Source: Octopus vulgaris
Taxonomy: Eukaryota
DNA length: 64,000 nucleotides
Direction of reading: 5' to 3'
Assembly (NCBI GenBank): GCA_951406725.2
Contig: OX597824.1
Span: forward strand, 59,768,001 to 59,832,000
Numbering within the stretch: the first letter of the stretch is position 1; the number at the start of each line of letters is the position of its first letter. The notes beneath the pieces are model-generated. The model had not been told where the DNA came from, made no database searches, and saw nothing but the letters and a program-made list of their open reading frames with translations. The translations under genes and the position numbers were made by a program. Shown here one piece after another: positions 26,854-41,308 of this stretch.

Positions 26854-27031
26854 CGTGCGTGCGTGTGTGGGAACGTGTTCAGCTCGATCCCGAATATGAA
26901 AGGTAAATGTCGGTTTTCACAGCCCTTTAAAAAACTAATAAGAAATAAAAAATGTTTCACAGAAATCGCCGAACAAATACATAAAAAAAGCTTGACAGAT
27001 GTATGTATGTATGTATGTATGTATCTATATG

Positions 27032-27350
27032 AGGGCGCGTGGCTTAGTGGTTAGGGCATTCGGCTCATGATCGTAAGGTTGTGAGTTCGATTCCCGGCGA
27101 CGCGTTGTGTCCTTGAGCAAGACACTTTATTTCACGTTGCTCCAGTCCACTCAGCTGGCAAAAATGAGTTGTACTGGTATTTCAAAGGGTCAGCCTTGTC
27201 ACTCTCTGTGTCACGCTGATTATCCCCGAGAACTACGTTAAGGGTACACGTGTCTGTGGAATGCTCAGCCATTTGCACGTTAATTTCACGAGCAAGCTGT
27301 TCCGTTGATCGTATCAGCTGGGACCCTCGTCGTCGTAACCGGCGGAGTCT
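27032..27350 (+). mobile_element. tRNA-derived SINE
   Basis: A box TGGCTTAGTGG, B box GTTCGATTCC, TCCTTGAGCAAGACACTT core; tail shared with 5830-6213. Confidence 0.88.
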
Positions 27351-28071
27351 TTAAATGTATCCATCTATCTATCTATCTATCTATCTATTTATCTATCCTG
27401 AAAAACTTCTGCTTTAGATGTATGTATTGGTATGTATTGCAAGAAACAGTAAGGAATTTTTTCTTACATTTTACATAATTTAACCTACGCAAGTTTAATG
27501 TGTGTAAAACGAAATAGGAATTTTGAAAGAAGCTTCTATAAAACTAGTTTTTAAACATTGATTGGCTATGGGGATCCACCAGAGTAATATAGTAATCAAA
27601 GAGGTCCACAGGTAAAAAAAAAATGGTTGTGAACCCCTGCTCTGGACCAATACCGAAAAACGAGAGAGAGAGACTGAAAACAGACACGCCTATCTAAAAT
27701 TGATATCAACTATGAGCGTCTGTGCAACCAGAGATGAAGGTGAAAAATTGTTACATATTTATACTCACTTGAAATAACCAAGATTTTTCACCGTATGTAT
27801 ATAAATATATAAGCTGCGCACTTTATGTTCGTATCCTTCCACAACTTCTACGTAAATGTCATCAGAATCATAACAAACAAGTCTTCTAAAATGATAGCGC
27901 TTATCGCTAAAAGGCAAAGATCAATGTAGTTTGAATGCTATATTTTCATTGGTTGTTTAAATGTGTCACAAAATAAGAAATTTGCCAAGAGTAAAAACTT
28001 TTAAAAAATTAAATATTTTTTTTGAAAGTAATAAAATTAAGACAAATATAAAACGATGTATCTAACTGACA

Positions 28072-28446
28072 AATGGCTCTGGGTTCAGTCCCACTGCACG
28101 GCACCTTGGACAAGTATCGCCTTCTATAGCCTCGGGCCGACCAAAGCCTTGTGAGTGGATTTGGTAGATGGAAACTGGAAGAAACGCGTGGTGTATGTGT
28201 GGGTTTGTGTGTCTATGTTTGTCCCCCCACCATCATTTGACAACCACTGTTGGGGTGTTTACGTCCCCGTAACATTGCGGTTCGGCAAAAAACACCGATA
28301 GGATAAGTACTAGGCTTCCAAACAATAAGTCCTAGGATCGATTTGTTCGACTAAATAATGTTTACAGGGAGTTACTTTTATATAAATTTCGAGCTTCTCA
28401 TAGCCATTTTCGAACTGAAAAATGTATGTTCTACAGATTCTTTTAA

Positions 28447-28519
<73 letters not shown>

Positions 28520-29525
28520 TATATATGTATGCATGTATAAAATAAGGAATAAATATTCAAAAGCGAATATTTCTATAGATATTATTATCTGTTATAAATA
28601 TAGAATGATAATAACAACAACAATAATATAGGTGGGCATTAAATAATGTTAGATAGCTATACAATTAAAATTTATATTTATCATAAGGGCATACGAAGCG
28701 CCTACCCGCTAGAAGGTGAAGCTAACACCCTCAACTTAACAACCAATGACACTGAAAATTTCAACAGATAACAGTAGTTGGGCAAGCGAGCAAAAACTTG
28801 ACATACCATCACAGCTTAATGCTATATAGTTTGCTATTTGGATATACTTGTATAATGAGTTCGAGTTTTGGCGAAAAACCTTAGCTCTCTTCAGCAAATC
28901 CAAGTGAAAAATTCAACTCGTCACGTTGAATATATACCCTATATCTGTGTTTATGTCTGTGTTTGTCCCCTACCGCCGCTTGACAACCGGTGTTAGTGTG
29001 TTTACGTCCCCATAACTTAGCGGTTTGGCAAAGGAGACAGTTACAATAAGTACTAAGCTTTTAAAAAAATAAGTACTGGGGTCGATCCATTAGGCTAGAA
29101 ATTCTTCAAGGTGGTGCTCCAGCATGGCCACAGTCTAATGACTGAAACAAGCAAAAGATATAAGATAAAAAAAAATTGTGGAGCGTAGGCGTACAATCAC
29201 ATGGTTCCGCGTTCAATCCAGCCCGGACCGACCAAAGGCTTGCGAGTGAATTTGGAAGATGGTAACTGAAAGAAGCCCGTCCTCTGTGCGTGTGTGTGTG
29301 TGTGTGTGTGTGTGCGTGCGTGCGCGCCTTTCAATTTGTCCTCTGTCATTGCCTTACAACCGGCGCTGGTTTGTATACGTCCCCTAAGTTAACGGTTCGG
29401 CAAAATAGACCAATAAAATACACACTACGCTTTATAAAAAAGTACTGGCGTTGACTTTTTCGACTAAACCCTTCATGACAATTCCCCAGCACAGCCGCAG
29501 TCTGATGACTGAAACAAGTAAGAGA
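28072..29525 (+). mobile_element. Three SINE copies of the 26081 family (28072-28355, 28940-29165, 29180-29525)
   Basis: Direct similarity to 26081-26470. Confidence 0.8.
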
Positions 29526-29646
29526 CGTATTTTAAAGCTGCGATTGTTTTTCGTTATTGATACGTAAATTAAACAAAATAGATGATCTTGTTCATATTTT
29601 ATTTTCCTCGATTACCTACAACTTTTAATAAACAAAGTACAAAATT

Positions 29647-29805
29647 TCGTTAAACGACTGATTACATTAAACAATTGGTGTTCGTTAAACAAGTGAGTCT
29701 CGTTAAACGAGCGAATACATGAAACAAATGGTGTTTGTTAAACAAGTGATGTTCGTTAAACGAGTGATTACACTAAGCAGGTGGTGTACAGTAAACAAGT
29801 GAGGT
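29647..29805. repeat. 53-bp x3 minisatellite rich in TAAAC(A/G)
   Basis: TCGTTAAACG at 29647, 29700 and 29753. Confidence 0.85.
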
Positions 29806-31051
29806 ACCTTACTCTTGTGAGATATGTTAAAAATACTGAAAATGTACTGATTGAACAATGACCAGGCACCAATTAGGCCATTTTCTCTTTATATCTGAAG
29901 CTGGTTCATTACTTTTTACAACTGGGTTCGCATGAAATTTTTATTGTCTTGCATTAATGGGGGAAAAAAATGCCTAAAACAATAGCAGCAAATTGAATCT
30001 GAATTACCAAATTATAAACTACGAAGTGGATGATAAGAAAGTAGAGAGAATTATTTTTAAAAAGAGAATTAACAACAAACGAGCTAAATAAGCAACACTG
30101 CATTATAAAAGAATGCGGTGAATAATCTATCTGTTATGTAATGACAGCATTTCATACGAAGTGTGCATTTTTTGAATATTTAATTTCATGAGGATTCGAG
30201 TTGGTGAAAATAGTTCCGATTTACAACTGAAGTTTGGTTAGCTCTCCATCCTGTTTATAATACATATGGTGCCCGGGAAACTCTACGAGGTCGTTCGACA
30301 TGCTAAAAATAGCAGTAAAATTTTATTCAAATTACGCAACGTCTTTTTTAATCATGTCATCTCTAACTATAGATGCGCTGAGGATGACCTGAGGATGATT
30401 TGGCGCTGACCTTAAGTCGACCCCGGGGTTACACAGCAAAGACCTTAATCCTTTACAATTCGTAACCCAGTGGAAATTAATTTCTCAGAGAAACAAATTC
30501 CACGAAACTGTTCTCTAAATATTCCTCATTGAAAACATAGCATTTATTTAAGACGATTCTATTGGTTTTATAGAAATGCTAAAATTTCGACCAAAATACG
30601 TAGTGGTGTTTGTATATGGCTCTTTATGTTCATTGTCCAAATCTCAAGGTCAACGGCTCTTTTCATCCTTCTAGGGTCGATAAAAGAAAGTACCAGTCGT
30701 ATACTCAGGTCGATTAAATATTCCTGTAAAGCATCCTGGATGTGAATGGAGTCATAATGGAAGACAGAAGGCTAAAGAAGACTGGTAAAAGTCTTTGGTC
30801 AGAAGAGGATTTCTACGAAGACGTTTGATATGCGAGAAATAACAACTAAACTTCCCTCAAGTTATATCTTATAGACTTACAAAAGGAGGGTGTATTTGTA
30901 TAATATAGTTTTAGGCACATTGTGTCTGGAAAAATAGAAATAGGTGTGCTGGTCGTGGTTCTTCCATTGTACACAAAAACGTCACCAATCATACATACAC
31001 GCACGCTTAAACATATACACACATACACGCACACACACATACACACACACA

Positions 31052-31087
<36 letters not shown>

Positions 31088-31387
31088 TGTGCGCGTGGGT
31101 GATGATCATAACATCGAACGCTGGAAAGCTGAATTCAAATAATCGTAGGCTTGCGCTTCAGCAAGCCCATCTCGTCCAGTATTTTGTACCAAACTGTTTA
31201 TAATAGTTGAGATCTAATATCGTCAAGATCTCCAGATTCTCAGGAACTTGGCAGTGGTTATTGACAGAATGAACAATTGCCACCTAAAAATTGACTGACT
31301 GTAATTTCTTCCTAAAAGATCGGGTTGAGAGAGAAAATGTCTCCACCATTGTTTCGTTGGTATACTGCCTAACAGTCATATCTTAAA

Positions 31388-31681
31388 CTAGCAGTATCGC
31401 CCGGCGTTGCTCGGGTTTGTAAGGGAAATAACTATATAAGCATTTTTAGAGAGTTACTTCCCTTATATAACCCGAGCAAAAATCATTAAAAATGCGGAAA
31501 AATTGATGGTAAATTTTTTTAATCGTAGACTCATCGTAGACGCGCGCTAATACCAGAAGGGCTCGATATGAATCACGACTATAAGGTACCCGGTTTTGGT
31601 TAAACTGCACCGCAAAATGTGGGAGTAGTTAGGAATCTAAATCGTAGGAGCACACAACCTCACTTTTATATATAAAGAAGA
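31388..31681 (-). mobile_element. Complete short non-autonomous Helitron
   Basis: A|TC 5' end, CCCG..CGGG hairpin, CTAG|T 3' end; body shared with 56856-57085. Confidence 0.85.
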
Positions 31682-31717
31682 TAAGAGACTATTTGCCCAT
31701 AATGGAGGGCCTTTTCT

Positions 31718-32037
31718 GGATCTTTTCCTTTTGAAAAGGGGTTGGGGAAGGGTATCTTTTTTTCTTCACAAATGTAAATAAACCCAATCTGTTTCTTAAA
31801 GGAGAGACATATTCATTATGCACAGAATGTTATTTACCTAAATGGACTTCAGCGATTGGTTAAAATTGCCGAAATGGGAGTAATTTCAGACGAAATATCT
31901 TACAAACTATAGAATTTTCTCAATAAAGCCAAGAGAAAATGATGTTTTATAAACACATTCTACCAGTATACGAAGTTTAAAACTTTTTAGTTACCTAGAA
32001 ATTATGTTACAAAGTGCCATTCAAAAGGAAAAGATCC
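31718..32037. mobile_element. MITE with GG-ended TIRs and 8-bp TSD
   Basis: GGATCTTTTCCTTTTGAA/TTCAAAAGGAAAAGATCC; TSD CCTTTTCT/CCTTCTCT. Confidence 0.85.
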
Positions 32038-32232
32038 CCTTCTCTTCCGATGCTTGAGGAAAGAATGGGTTCAAACGGTCAGGGGTTCAACTGCTGCTAA
32101 CTTCCACTTCTGAGTTTCGGGAGGCTGTGGATGTTGATGCATAAGTAAGCGCTGAAGTTGTAACTTCTGAAGATATTCTGTTCGGTCATGGCTGACCTGT
32201 GGTTAAATAACGACTATCACCTACTACTACTA

Positions 32233-32285
<53 letters not shown>

Positions 32286-35059
32286 ACTACTACTACTACT
32301 AAATCAGCGATTCTCAACTATGTGAGCTATATGGCTGCCCAAATGTACTATACCATTTTTGTATGTGCTTTAAATAGAAAAATGGGACATTTGAGGAACC
32401 ACAGCATGTTTCTAGGAGACCACAGATGTATCTGAGGAGAACCACACACAAATTCAACTTAAATAAATACGGTCACCTTATCATTATCCCCACATAATTT
32501 CAACAGTATAAATATTTTTTTTTGTTATTGTTTTTTTTTCATTTTTTATCTTGTTTAATCTGGTTGACTTACCTATTTTCAAAAACTCACAGTTGCCTTG
32601 AAGAAGAGAGAAGCTTCGTGGCAACTAGATAAAAAAATAAAAATTAGTTGAGTGTGAATAAGCTACACAAGTTCACAATGAATAAAATGTCAATGTTTTT
32701 AATTTATATGTATATACCTATACATATAAATTTGGCATGGGCGATTCTTTCTTGTCTTGGGATTCATGGTCAAACGGCTGGGTGGAATTGCGCGAAAATT
32801 TACACAGATGTGTAAAATGATCCTGGGCTTTGTATTTTTCATAGCTTCCATGGTTACCGAGATAATCTACTATAATAATACTCTTGTGTTTTGGAATTGT
32901 TCAACATCCTTGGTTTTCATTGGTGCAACTGATTGGTTTACTGCATTTCTGAAGGTGAGAGGTAGTGGCTATAACACAGTGCAAAACAAACATCGCAAGA
33001 GATTACTTTCAAAGAATACCAGTTGTAAACCAATTTTTAAAAAGTTGGTTACACTCTTCCTCGATATACATAGGCAAAAGAGATGCCACTATACATAAAT
33101 ATTAAAATGGCATCTCTCATGGTTTTGACATTGAATACTTTTAATTGCATGATCAATAGAACAGCCTACTTCTTGAATTGACATGTAAAGAGCTGTGTAT
33201 TCCTGGGGCACGTATCGAAGGAAGGGGTCAAAGACAATCAATACTAGGCAATGGCAAGGTCTCACAATTGGGAAGCGAACTTTATAACCATTCATGCACA
33301 GATACACACGTATGCGTGTGCTTGCATGCAACTACCACCCAGTTTTCATCTGCCAAATTTTACTAACAACATATTGTCCAACCTAAATGACTGAGATACT
33401 GCAAATTTGCAAAGGGATGTAGCAGAATGACAGGGAGGTATGGTGTATTATCAGAGTAGTAAAATGGATTAGTAGAGCGGGGCGGTGGTAAAATATCTGA
33501 AGCAGAGCACAAAATGCCAAACAGTAATTGTTCCAGATCTCTATACTCTGAGTTCAAATCTTGCTGAGGTTAACTTTGCCTTTTAGCATTCTGGTGTCAA
33601 TAGAATAAAGTATCAGTCGCAGATGGCTGGACGGTGGAATTGTAAGGATATTGAAGCAAGATGTCTGCTCCGAATATTTGCATCTTTTAAGTTAATTTGT
33701 GTCATGGTTTAATACCACAACCACAACCACCACCCTTCACTGTCATTATCATCACCACCACTTGTCACTTGAAGTACCTTTTGCAAACATTTGGACCAGG
33801 TTTCTCATTGAGGGTGTTTCCTCCCCTTTCCCCTAACACTCAAAAACACCCAGAGGTACTGGTCTCCCCTCACCCCACCACCACACACTCACAGTTTGAC
33901 TAAGTGACAAAAACAGAACAGGATTGAACCTGTAATCAAGCAATAGTTTTAACAATACAACGACAGAATATACTTGATTAAACTCTCAACATATGTAAAT
34001 ATATTAAAGTACATCTTTTTTATGAACAACACAGCATAAACTAAAAGAACTTACATAAATTCCAGTTTCACCCTAACTTAAGCCCATTCTTTCTATGTTA
34101 TTGATGTATAGAAACAAGAGAGCAGAGTCTCCTGACAAAGCATTTCACAATTTGTAGATCATTCCTCAGAGAAGATGGCTCAGCTTCCTTCCCTAATCAA
34201 TAGCAGAGATCAGTTGCTACATAAAGCAGTTACAAATTAGGCTAGCATGTTTGTAGATAACCTGATTTGCAAAATTTGTAGCTTTAACAACTCATCATTA
34301 ATTAAACAATTACAATTCTTCAAGGTGGTGCGCCCAGCATGGCTGCAGTCTAATGACTGATACAAGTAAAAGATCTAAATCTCACACATTCTATGGCTGA
34401 TACATATAAATGTTTCTGACAAAGTATACCATCCAGATGGCTCTAGCCACTAACTATATTGATAAGGAGACCATCAGCTTCATGAACATGGTCGGAACTT
34501 TTGTGCTCAGGAACAGGAAAAAGTTGGAGGCCTCTAACAAGAACTTGTTGTCCATGGCTAAAAGACAGAAACATTCTCAGTAAACAAATGTCACCAAGAT
34601 AGCTGAGCTGGTGCTGAAAACTCAAGACACTGAAACTAAGAAGAACATCACCAAAAAGGTGGTGGAGTCAACTTCCTGGCATGTGATGTAGAAAGTCATG
34701 AGACACAAATTCTATGTGATGTGGAGGGGGAAATTTATATCATGTAAGAGCAGAGAGCCATAAATTGTGTGACTTCAACATGCTGTCTAATGTTGCCAAT
34801 TTAGCATTTTTAATGCAAGGTCTAGCATTTTATCTTAGCATTTAGCAGGGAAACTAACAGTTTTGAAAACATTTATTTTACATGTTTTTAGCATTTTTCT
34901 CTGATTATAACATTTTCACAATAGTTGATCTTTTTCTATCTTCTCTTTTTCTTCTTTTTTTTCTACTTGTTTTACTCATCTTTCCTTTTAGTACTATCAC
35001 TTGTTGTTGAATTTTTTTCTTTCACTTTCACAATACTCCAAAGTTTGTACTTTATTGTT

Positions 35060-36140
35060 ACTTTTTCAACCCCAACCAAATGCAGGGATGGAAAGATAAC
35101 TCATGTCAACACCTGAGTTCTCTACATAAAATTTGCTGGCCATAGGAACCAACAATACCAGTGTAACAGTAGGAATCAACAATGGTGTTTTCCAGAAATT
35201 AAGAGAGGAAGTTTCATCATTACTTTTATTTAAATGTTTATGTCATTCTCTACAGTTGTCAGTATCCCTCACTTGTGCTGAATGCCTGCCTAGAAACTTA
35301 GACTTTTTAGTATTTCTCACTCTGCAACTGGTCAAAGAACCTACAAGCAGTTTTACTTTGCAATCAATGATAAGGAGCCCTTGAAGATTATAAACTCTTA
35401 TGCATCTAGGTGGCTTTCAAAAGAACCAGCTGTAAGTAGAATTTTAAGCCATTTTAATTTGAATTATAAACTTGTTTCCAAACTACAAGTCCAAAAGAAA
35501 AGTGCTTTACAGCTCAAACAATATACAAAATGTTTTGTGATCCTAGGAATGAATTTCCATTTTATTTTTGTATCCAGTTCTAAAACATGTTCAAGAAGCA
35601 AACAAAAGTTTCAATCAAACTGTTGATAAAACAAAGTTACTTGAAGATCTTTCAAATCTATTGCTAATATGGTAGTATTGCTAACATATACAATTGGTCC
35701 TAATGCGTATATTGAAGAAATTTTTAATCCTAAACCAAATTTAAGCAACAGGTTCAAGAGAAAGATAACAGAAATGATAATCAAGAAGACTGTAACAGCT
35801 AACAAAGGAAATAATATTCATAAAAGAGTACAACAATTTTTACTCTACCTGTATAAAGCGCTCAAGCAATGTTTACCAGTAAACTTTCAGATACTGAGGA
35901 ATATCAAATGTTTTTCAGCAAAAAATACTATGAAGCATTCAAAAGAGCCAATTTTTTCTGTCTTAAAAGGAATGAATTTAAATGAAAAAAAATTGCATCT
36001 ATTGAAATTTAGTTTAAATAGCATCCATTTAATTAAATTGATGAATACCTAAAATACTGAGGTATTAAGGTTTATATTTTTGGATTTATAAAAATGCCAT
36101 TGGAGGAAATCATTTTAGGGATGTTGCAAAATTTGCCATT
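35060..36140 (+). pseudogene. Decayed hAT-superfamily transposase
   Basis: AIGTNNTSV.VGINNGV, KCLCHSLQL (CxxH), SRWLS; multiple frameshifts; followed by a SINE at ~36142-36510. Confidence 0.72.
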
Positions 36141-37466
36141 AGGCACCAGCATTGCTGTGTGGTAAGAAGTTTGCTTCCCAACCACATGGTTCCAAGTTCA
36201 GTCTCATTTGCTGAGAGTCCTACTGCATAGTAGCTTGGACAAGTGTTTTCCATTATAGCCTTGGGCCAACCAAAGCTTTGTGAGTGAATTTGGAAGATGA
36301 AAACTGAAAGAATCCCATTCTATGTGTGGGGGAGGGGTTTTGTGTGTGTCTTTGTCCCCCCCCCCACCTCTGTTTGACAATCAGTATTGGTGCATTTATA
36401 TCCACATAACTTAGTGGTTCAGCAAAAAAGACCATTCGAATAAGTATCAGGCTTAAAAGAAAAGTAAGTACTCGGGTCAGTTTGTTCAACTAAAATTCTT
36501 TCAGGCAACGCTTTCTGTAAAATATGACCTAAAATGATAGCTCAAATGCTGCAAAACTTTTGATATTTCAAAACCTGTATCTAACAAGATTGGGACCTTG
36601 GATGTATACAAAAGTCAAGACCCAGAGACTGCAGCTGAAGTTAAAATTAAAGAAATTGAAAGTGAAATTAAATCAGTGAAGCTGAAATTGTGAAAATGAA
36701 GAAATTATTTATCAATGCTGAATATAGATTAAGGAATATAATTAAAAATGTAAAAAAAAATCCCTTTATTATAATAAGGGTGGGGCACAATGAGTAATAT
36801 TTACTACATTTTTGACGAGAAAGACCAGTTTGTAATTGTTCACAGGCACAGACATGCATGTGTGATAAGAAGCTTTATATATATACATACAAATTGAGAT
36901 AGGGGTTGTAAATGCAACCCTCCATGGGATAACATATATCCAATATACTGCTAGTGAAGTACCCAACAAGGTTAATACATAAATGTTAAGGATTGCGATA
37001 GTACTAGGCTTACAAAGAATAAGTCCTAGGGTCCATTTCTTCAAGTAAAGACAGTGCTCCAGCATGGCCACAGTCAAATAACTGAGACATTTAAAAGAGA
37101 GTATCTTACAAAAACTATATCAGCTAAGCAAATGAGCTCTAAATGCATTAAAAACACTATAACATATTCAGAATACTATTTCAGAAAATTATCTCCATTC
37201 TCTTCATGCATATGAAAGACAAATTTAGCTGGGGCAAAACGAGTAAGCCAAGATAAGGTAAATTTACTTTGTCAGTTATTCAAATATACATTAGGAAAAA
37301 TATTCATACGCATCAGTATCCATCCTTAGACATCAAATGGATCAGAAATGCAACAAAAGTTTAAAATATCTAGGTCATATCAAAAAGGATCTTGGAAAAA
37401 TGGCATATAACAGCAAATTAGCAAAGCTTGACTAAATCTAAAAACTCAACATAAAAATATTCTCAC

Positions 37467-37522
37467 TAGCTTCTTCATGATCTGTTAGAGTGGCTCTCTT
37501 CCTGATATATTTAGGTTCCATT
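37467..37522 (-). CDS. Candidate 56-nt exon encoding MEPKYIRKRATLTDHEEA
   Basis: Strong polypyrimidine tract plus TAG acceptor, open frame, GTGAGA donor; no homology recognised. Confidence 0.35.
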
Positions 37523-39968
37523 CTATTAAAAAGAAAAAAAAATAGAAATTAATCATTATTCACTTTGTCCCACTTAAGACATCATGTTTTAAAAATTGTA
37601 AACTATCAAATTAGACATTAGTGTGGGAAAAATTGACTTGAAATCTAACAGAGTAAAGAATTTTGAATGTTAAGAACAAAATATTAGTCGGGTATTTTAT
37701 TAGCAACCAGATGAAAGCTGAAGAAAAGTTTCTCGATAAACAAAGTATCTGACTGTTTCAAACTTTCTCAATTTCAACAACAATGATGCTGACCAATTTT
37801 TATTCCCAACGATGATGCAAGAATACAAGATGGTGATGTAATACTTGCAATGTAATTATTTCAAATGGGTAAGGAAAATATAACAAGAAATTAGAAATTA
37901 CTTATTTTACCCATTTACCCATTATGCCTCACACACACACCTCATATTTGAACTGTAACATTCTGTTCTTTCTTATCTACCATTTTTAAAGTATTTTTTG
38001 ACATTTTATTCTACTGAAATTTAGCATAAAATTGTGATTTTATATTGGCAACATTAATAATGCTGCTCCCACTAAGATGCAATTAATATGTTCCCAGGTT
38101 TCGTCGAGGGAAGGGGAAGGGATAGCAATCAAATGTCAAAAGGGAAATATTATAACGTTGGCGAAAGTCATTAAAAAAATCCTGACGATCTTTCGTTACA
38201 AGAACACACGACTGCTAGTTACAAACCACGTGTGTTTATTTACATTTGTGAAGATGATCGTCGATTTCCATAAATTTTTTAAATTTTTTACATATGGTGT
38301 TGAGGGGAAATCAGATCTTTTGAAGTTGGAGTGAATCGGAAAAATAAACTGAAAGATTTTAAGTTCCAAACGCCTCTGCATCTAAGGGCTTCTTGATTCA
38401 TACTAACAAGAATTGAATTACGGGCCTGTATTTATATTCAAAACTAATAATATAAACGAAAAAATATTAATAAAACGCATCTATGAATCTGATCATTAAA
38501 CCGCCAACAGAAAAAGTTAGCAGCCGGAACAAAATTGTAACTCACACACACACACACACACAGACGGAACGCCAACTTCAAAAGAACTTCCCCGACCCAA
38601 TCGCGCTCTCTCTGTCTCGCTTTTACACCGACTTGAAAGGATACCCTTCCTCCACCCCACATATATAATAAATTTCTTTTAATTTACGGAAAGCGACGAT
38701 CTTCTTTAAATGTAAACAAAAGCACGTGCTTCAGTTTGACAGTAATGGTAGTCATGCCGTAATTTTGCCAAAATCCTATCTATTTGCGAAAAACGAAATT
38801 ACTTTCTTGCCAACCCAATAATTAAACATACATGGACACACACACACACACAACACATTTCAACAGATGCATAATATACATATGTAGGTGCATAATAAAG
38901 TAATAAGACAGCATGTCTTATAGATAAGAGACAAATATATACACATGCCTACATTGGTAGGATTTGCCGGGAAAAGATCCCATTGGTTAACAACATTTCG
39001 TCTCGCTTCGTTTAAGCAGAACTTTTCATACGATGGGATCTAATTAAAATGCACTCAAGCAAATATATTTCCAACTTTTACTCATGTTTGCCCCATTACC
39101 TCCCTTCATAGTTGTATATTTATCAGCAGTCCCTCTACTATCAAACTGCTTTATATTTAGTGTAGTGTTTCAAACTATTTTAGTATTTACGAAGAAAACT
39201 AGGCTATAAACAGAGGCGTTTTATCACTGTGTGGTGCCAGCAAGTACCTGATGAACAGTCGACCACACCCACTCTACTGTTCTGTTTTTTAACCGCTTAA
39301 CTTTCTTTGTAAGTATATCGTGGTTGATTTTATTATTTAACTCCAGCTCATTTCTGATCCCGTTGACCTGTAAGCAGATATTCGTGCTTGTCTTTCGCTA
39401 CCCCATCCTTCTGTTGGATAATATTTCCTCTGTCTCTTTACGTTCTGAGTTTAAATATCGCCTTCATATCAACTTTCCTTTTCATCCTTTCGAGTTAGAA
39501 AGAGTCGTAATATATTGGAGTCGGCATAACTAGATATGTGTACCCCTTCCCACGACTTTGTTGCCTTATAACTTCCAGAAAAATGAATCCTTTTTCATGA
39601 AAATTTCAACAAATACCACTTAGGTGCCGTGGATTCAGAGTATATAAGGATTTATGGGAAAGAATTTCTCCGAAGGGGTGAGGAGAGGAGTTTCGGGAAA
39701 TTCACACAATCCGATTTTTTCCCCTCATAACTTCCAGAAAGTTCCTGAAATGGGAGGAGGAGAAGAAAGCTAATGGGTTGTGTGTGCGTGCTTGTTTTTG
39801 TCTGTGTCTCTGTGTGTGCCTGTTCTATTTTTAGGCATTTATGTGTTGTGGGATATAGATATAACGAAATTATTTATACCCGCAAAGTCTCATTTTAAAC
39901 TTGAAGAGCTGTTCCCCCATAACTTTTAGCAAAACGGCGTATTTTCAATGAAATTTTATAGAAATACC

Positions 39969-40356
39969 GGATCTTTTCGGTTTGATCGACAGTTTTTAAA
40001 AATAATTTCCATGTAACTTAACACTTTTAAACTTCGTATACAGGTAGAATGTGTTTATAAAACATCTTTTTCTCTTTTGTAAGATATTTGTTGTTTTTTT
40101 CTTCAATTTCTGCAATTTCAACCAATCAATGACGTCTGTTGAGATGAAAACATTCTGTGCCGTATGAATATGTCCCTCGTTTAAGAAACAGATTTGGTTT
40201 ATTTACATTTCTGAAGAAAAAAAAGAAACCCTTCCCCCACCCCTAACCCTAACCCTAAAACAGATTGAAATGCAATAGATCGATAGGGTCATAATTATGG
40301 GTGACAATTTCATATGACACCGCTAGAAAAAACTGCCGATCAAACCGAAAAGATCC
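39969..40356. mobile_element. MITE of the 31718 family with internal (CCCTAA)3
   Basis: TIRs GGATCTTTTCGGTTTGATCG/CGATCAAACCGAAAAGATCC; perfect 8-bp TSD GAAATACC. Confidence 0.9.
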
Positions 40357-40807
40357 GAAATACCTTTCAAACGGCATACATTACAATTATAAAGAAATTT
40401 GTGGGGAAAATCTTTTCCAAGTGAAGTGGAAAGAGGACTTCGGAAAATTCAGAAAATCCGAGTTTTTCCCTCATAACTTTTAGGAAAATGGGTTTTTTTC
40501 AATGAAATTTTATATAAATACCTTTGAAACGATATACATTATGACTATAAAGTAATTTGTGGGGAAAATCTTGAGGTGGGGAGAGGACTTTCGGAAAATT
40601 CCCAAGGTCCTTATTTCCTTGTTATATTCCGAAATCACATTCAACTTTCTACAGATACCCTAGGATAGTACTACTACACTCCGTAGTGTTTATTTCTACC
40701 CACTTTCAATAATTTTTAATGTTTTGGCTTCAGTTTTATTTCATTTTCAATTATTTTTTAATCCTTCGTCGTTATTCTCATTCACTCGTTATTACTTTCT
40801 CTCTCCC

Positions 40808-40851
<44 letters not shown>

Positions 40852-40903
40852 TACATATATGCATACACGTATACATATATATACATACACATATACACAC
40901 AGA

Positions 40904-40984
<81 letters not shown>

Positions 40985-41191
40985 AAATAAGAAAATGGAG
41001 AAATACACCTTAATCAATAATAAACTACCAGATAATACTCAATCTCATAATTTATTAAACCACTACATATGAACATCAAGGTCAAACATAATAGTATAGA
41101 ACAAAACAATGTGCATCAATGATTAATATGATACATTAAGTACAGTATGTATAAGTGAATATAAATAAATACAAATATAAATATAAACTAC

Positions 41192-41308
41192 ATCTTACAG
41201 CTGTTTCAGCCATGTAGATATGGGTATCTCATTATGCTCATATTAGCCATGTGTGATAAGTTAATAAATGAGACACTTACAAAAATATCCCAAGGCCTCT
41301 TCAGAGAT
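41192..41308 (-). ncRNA. Type I hammerhead, canonical core, 82-nt helix-II insert
   Basis: ATCT-CTGAAGA-GGCC..GGCT-GAAA-CAGCTG-TA-AGAT on the minus strand. Confidence 0.8.

Noticed and set aside
34055-34261. Minus-strand coding exon continuing the 37467 exon (also a candidate ending ~31283)
   Set aside because: Splice-like ends are present, but the continuing frame stops within a few codons.
40240-40258. Telomere or interstitial telomeric array
   Set aside because: Three units only, internal to a MITE.
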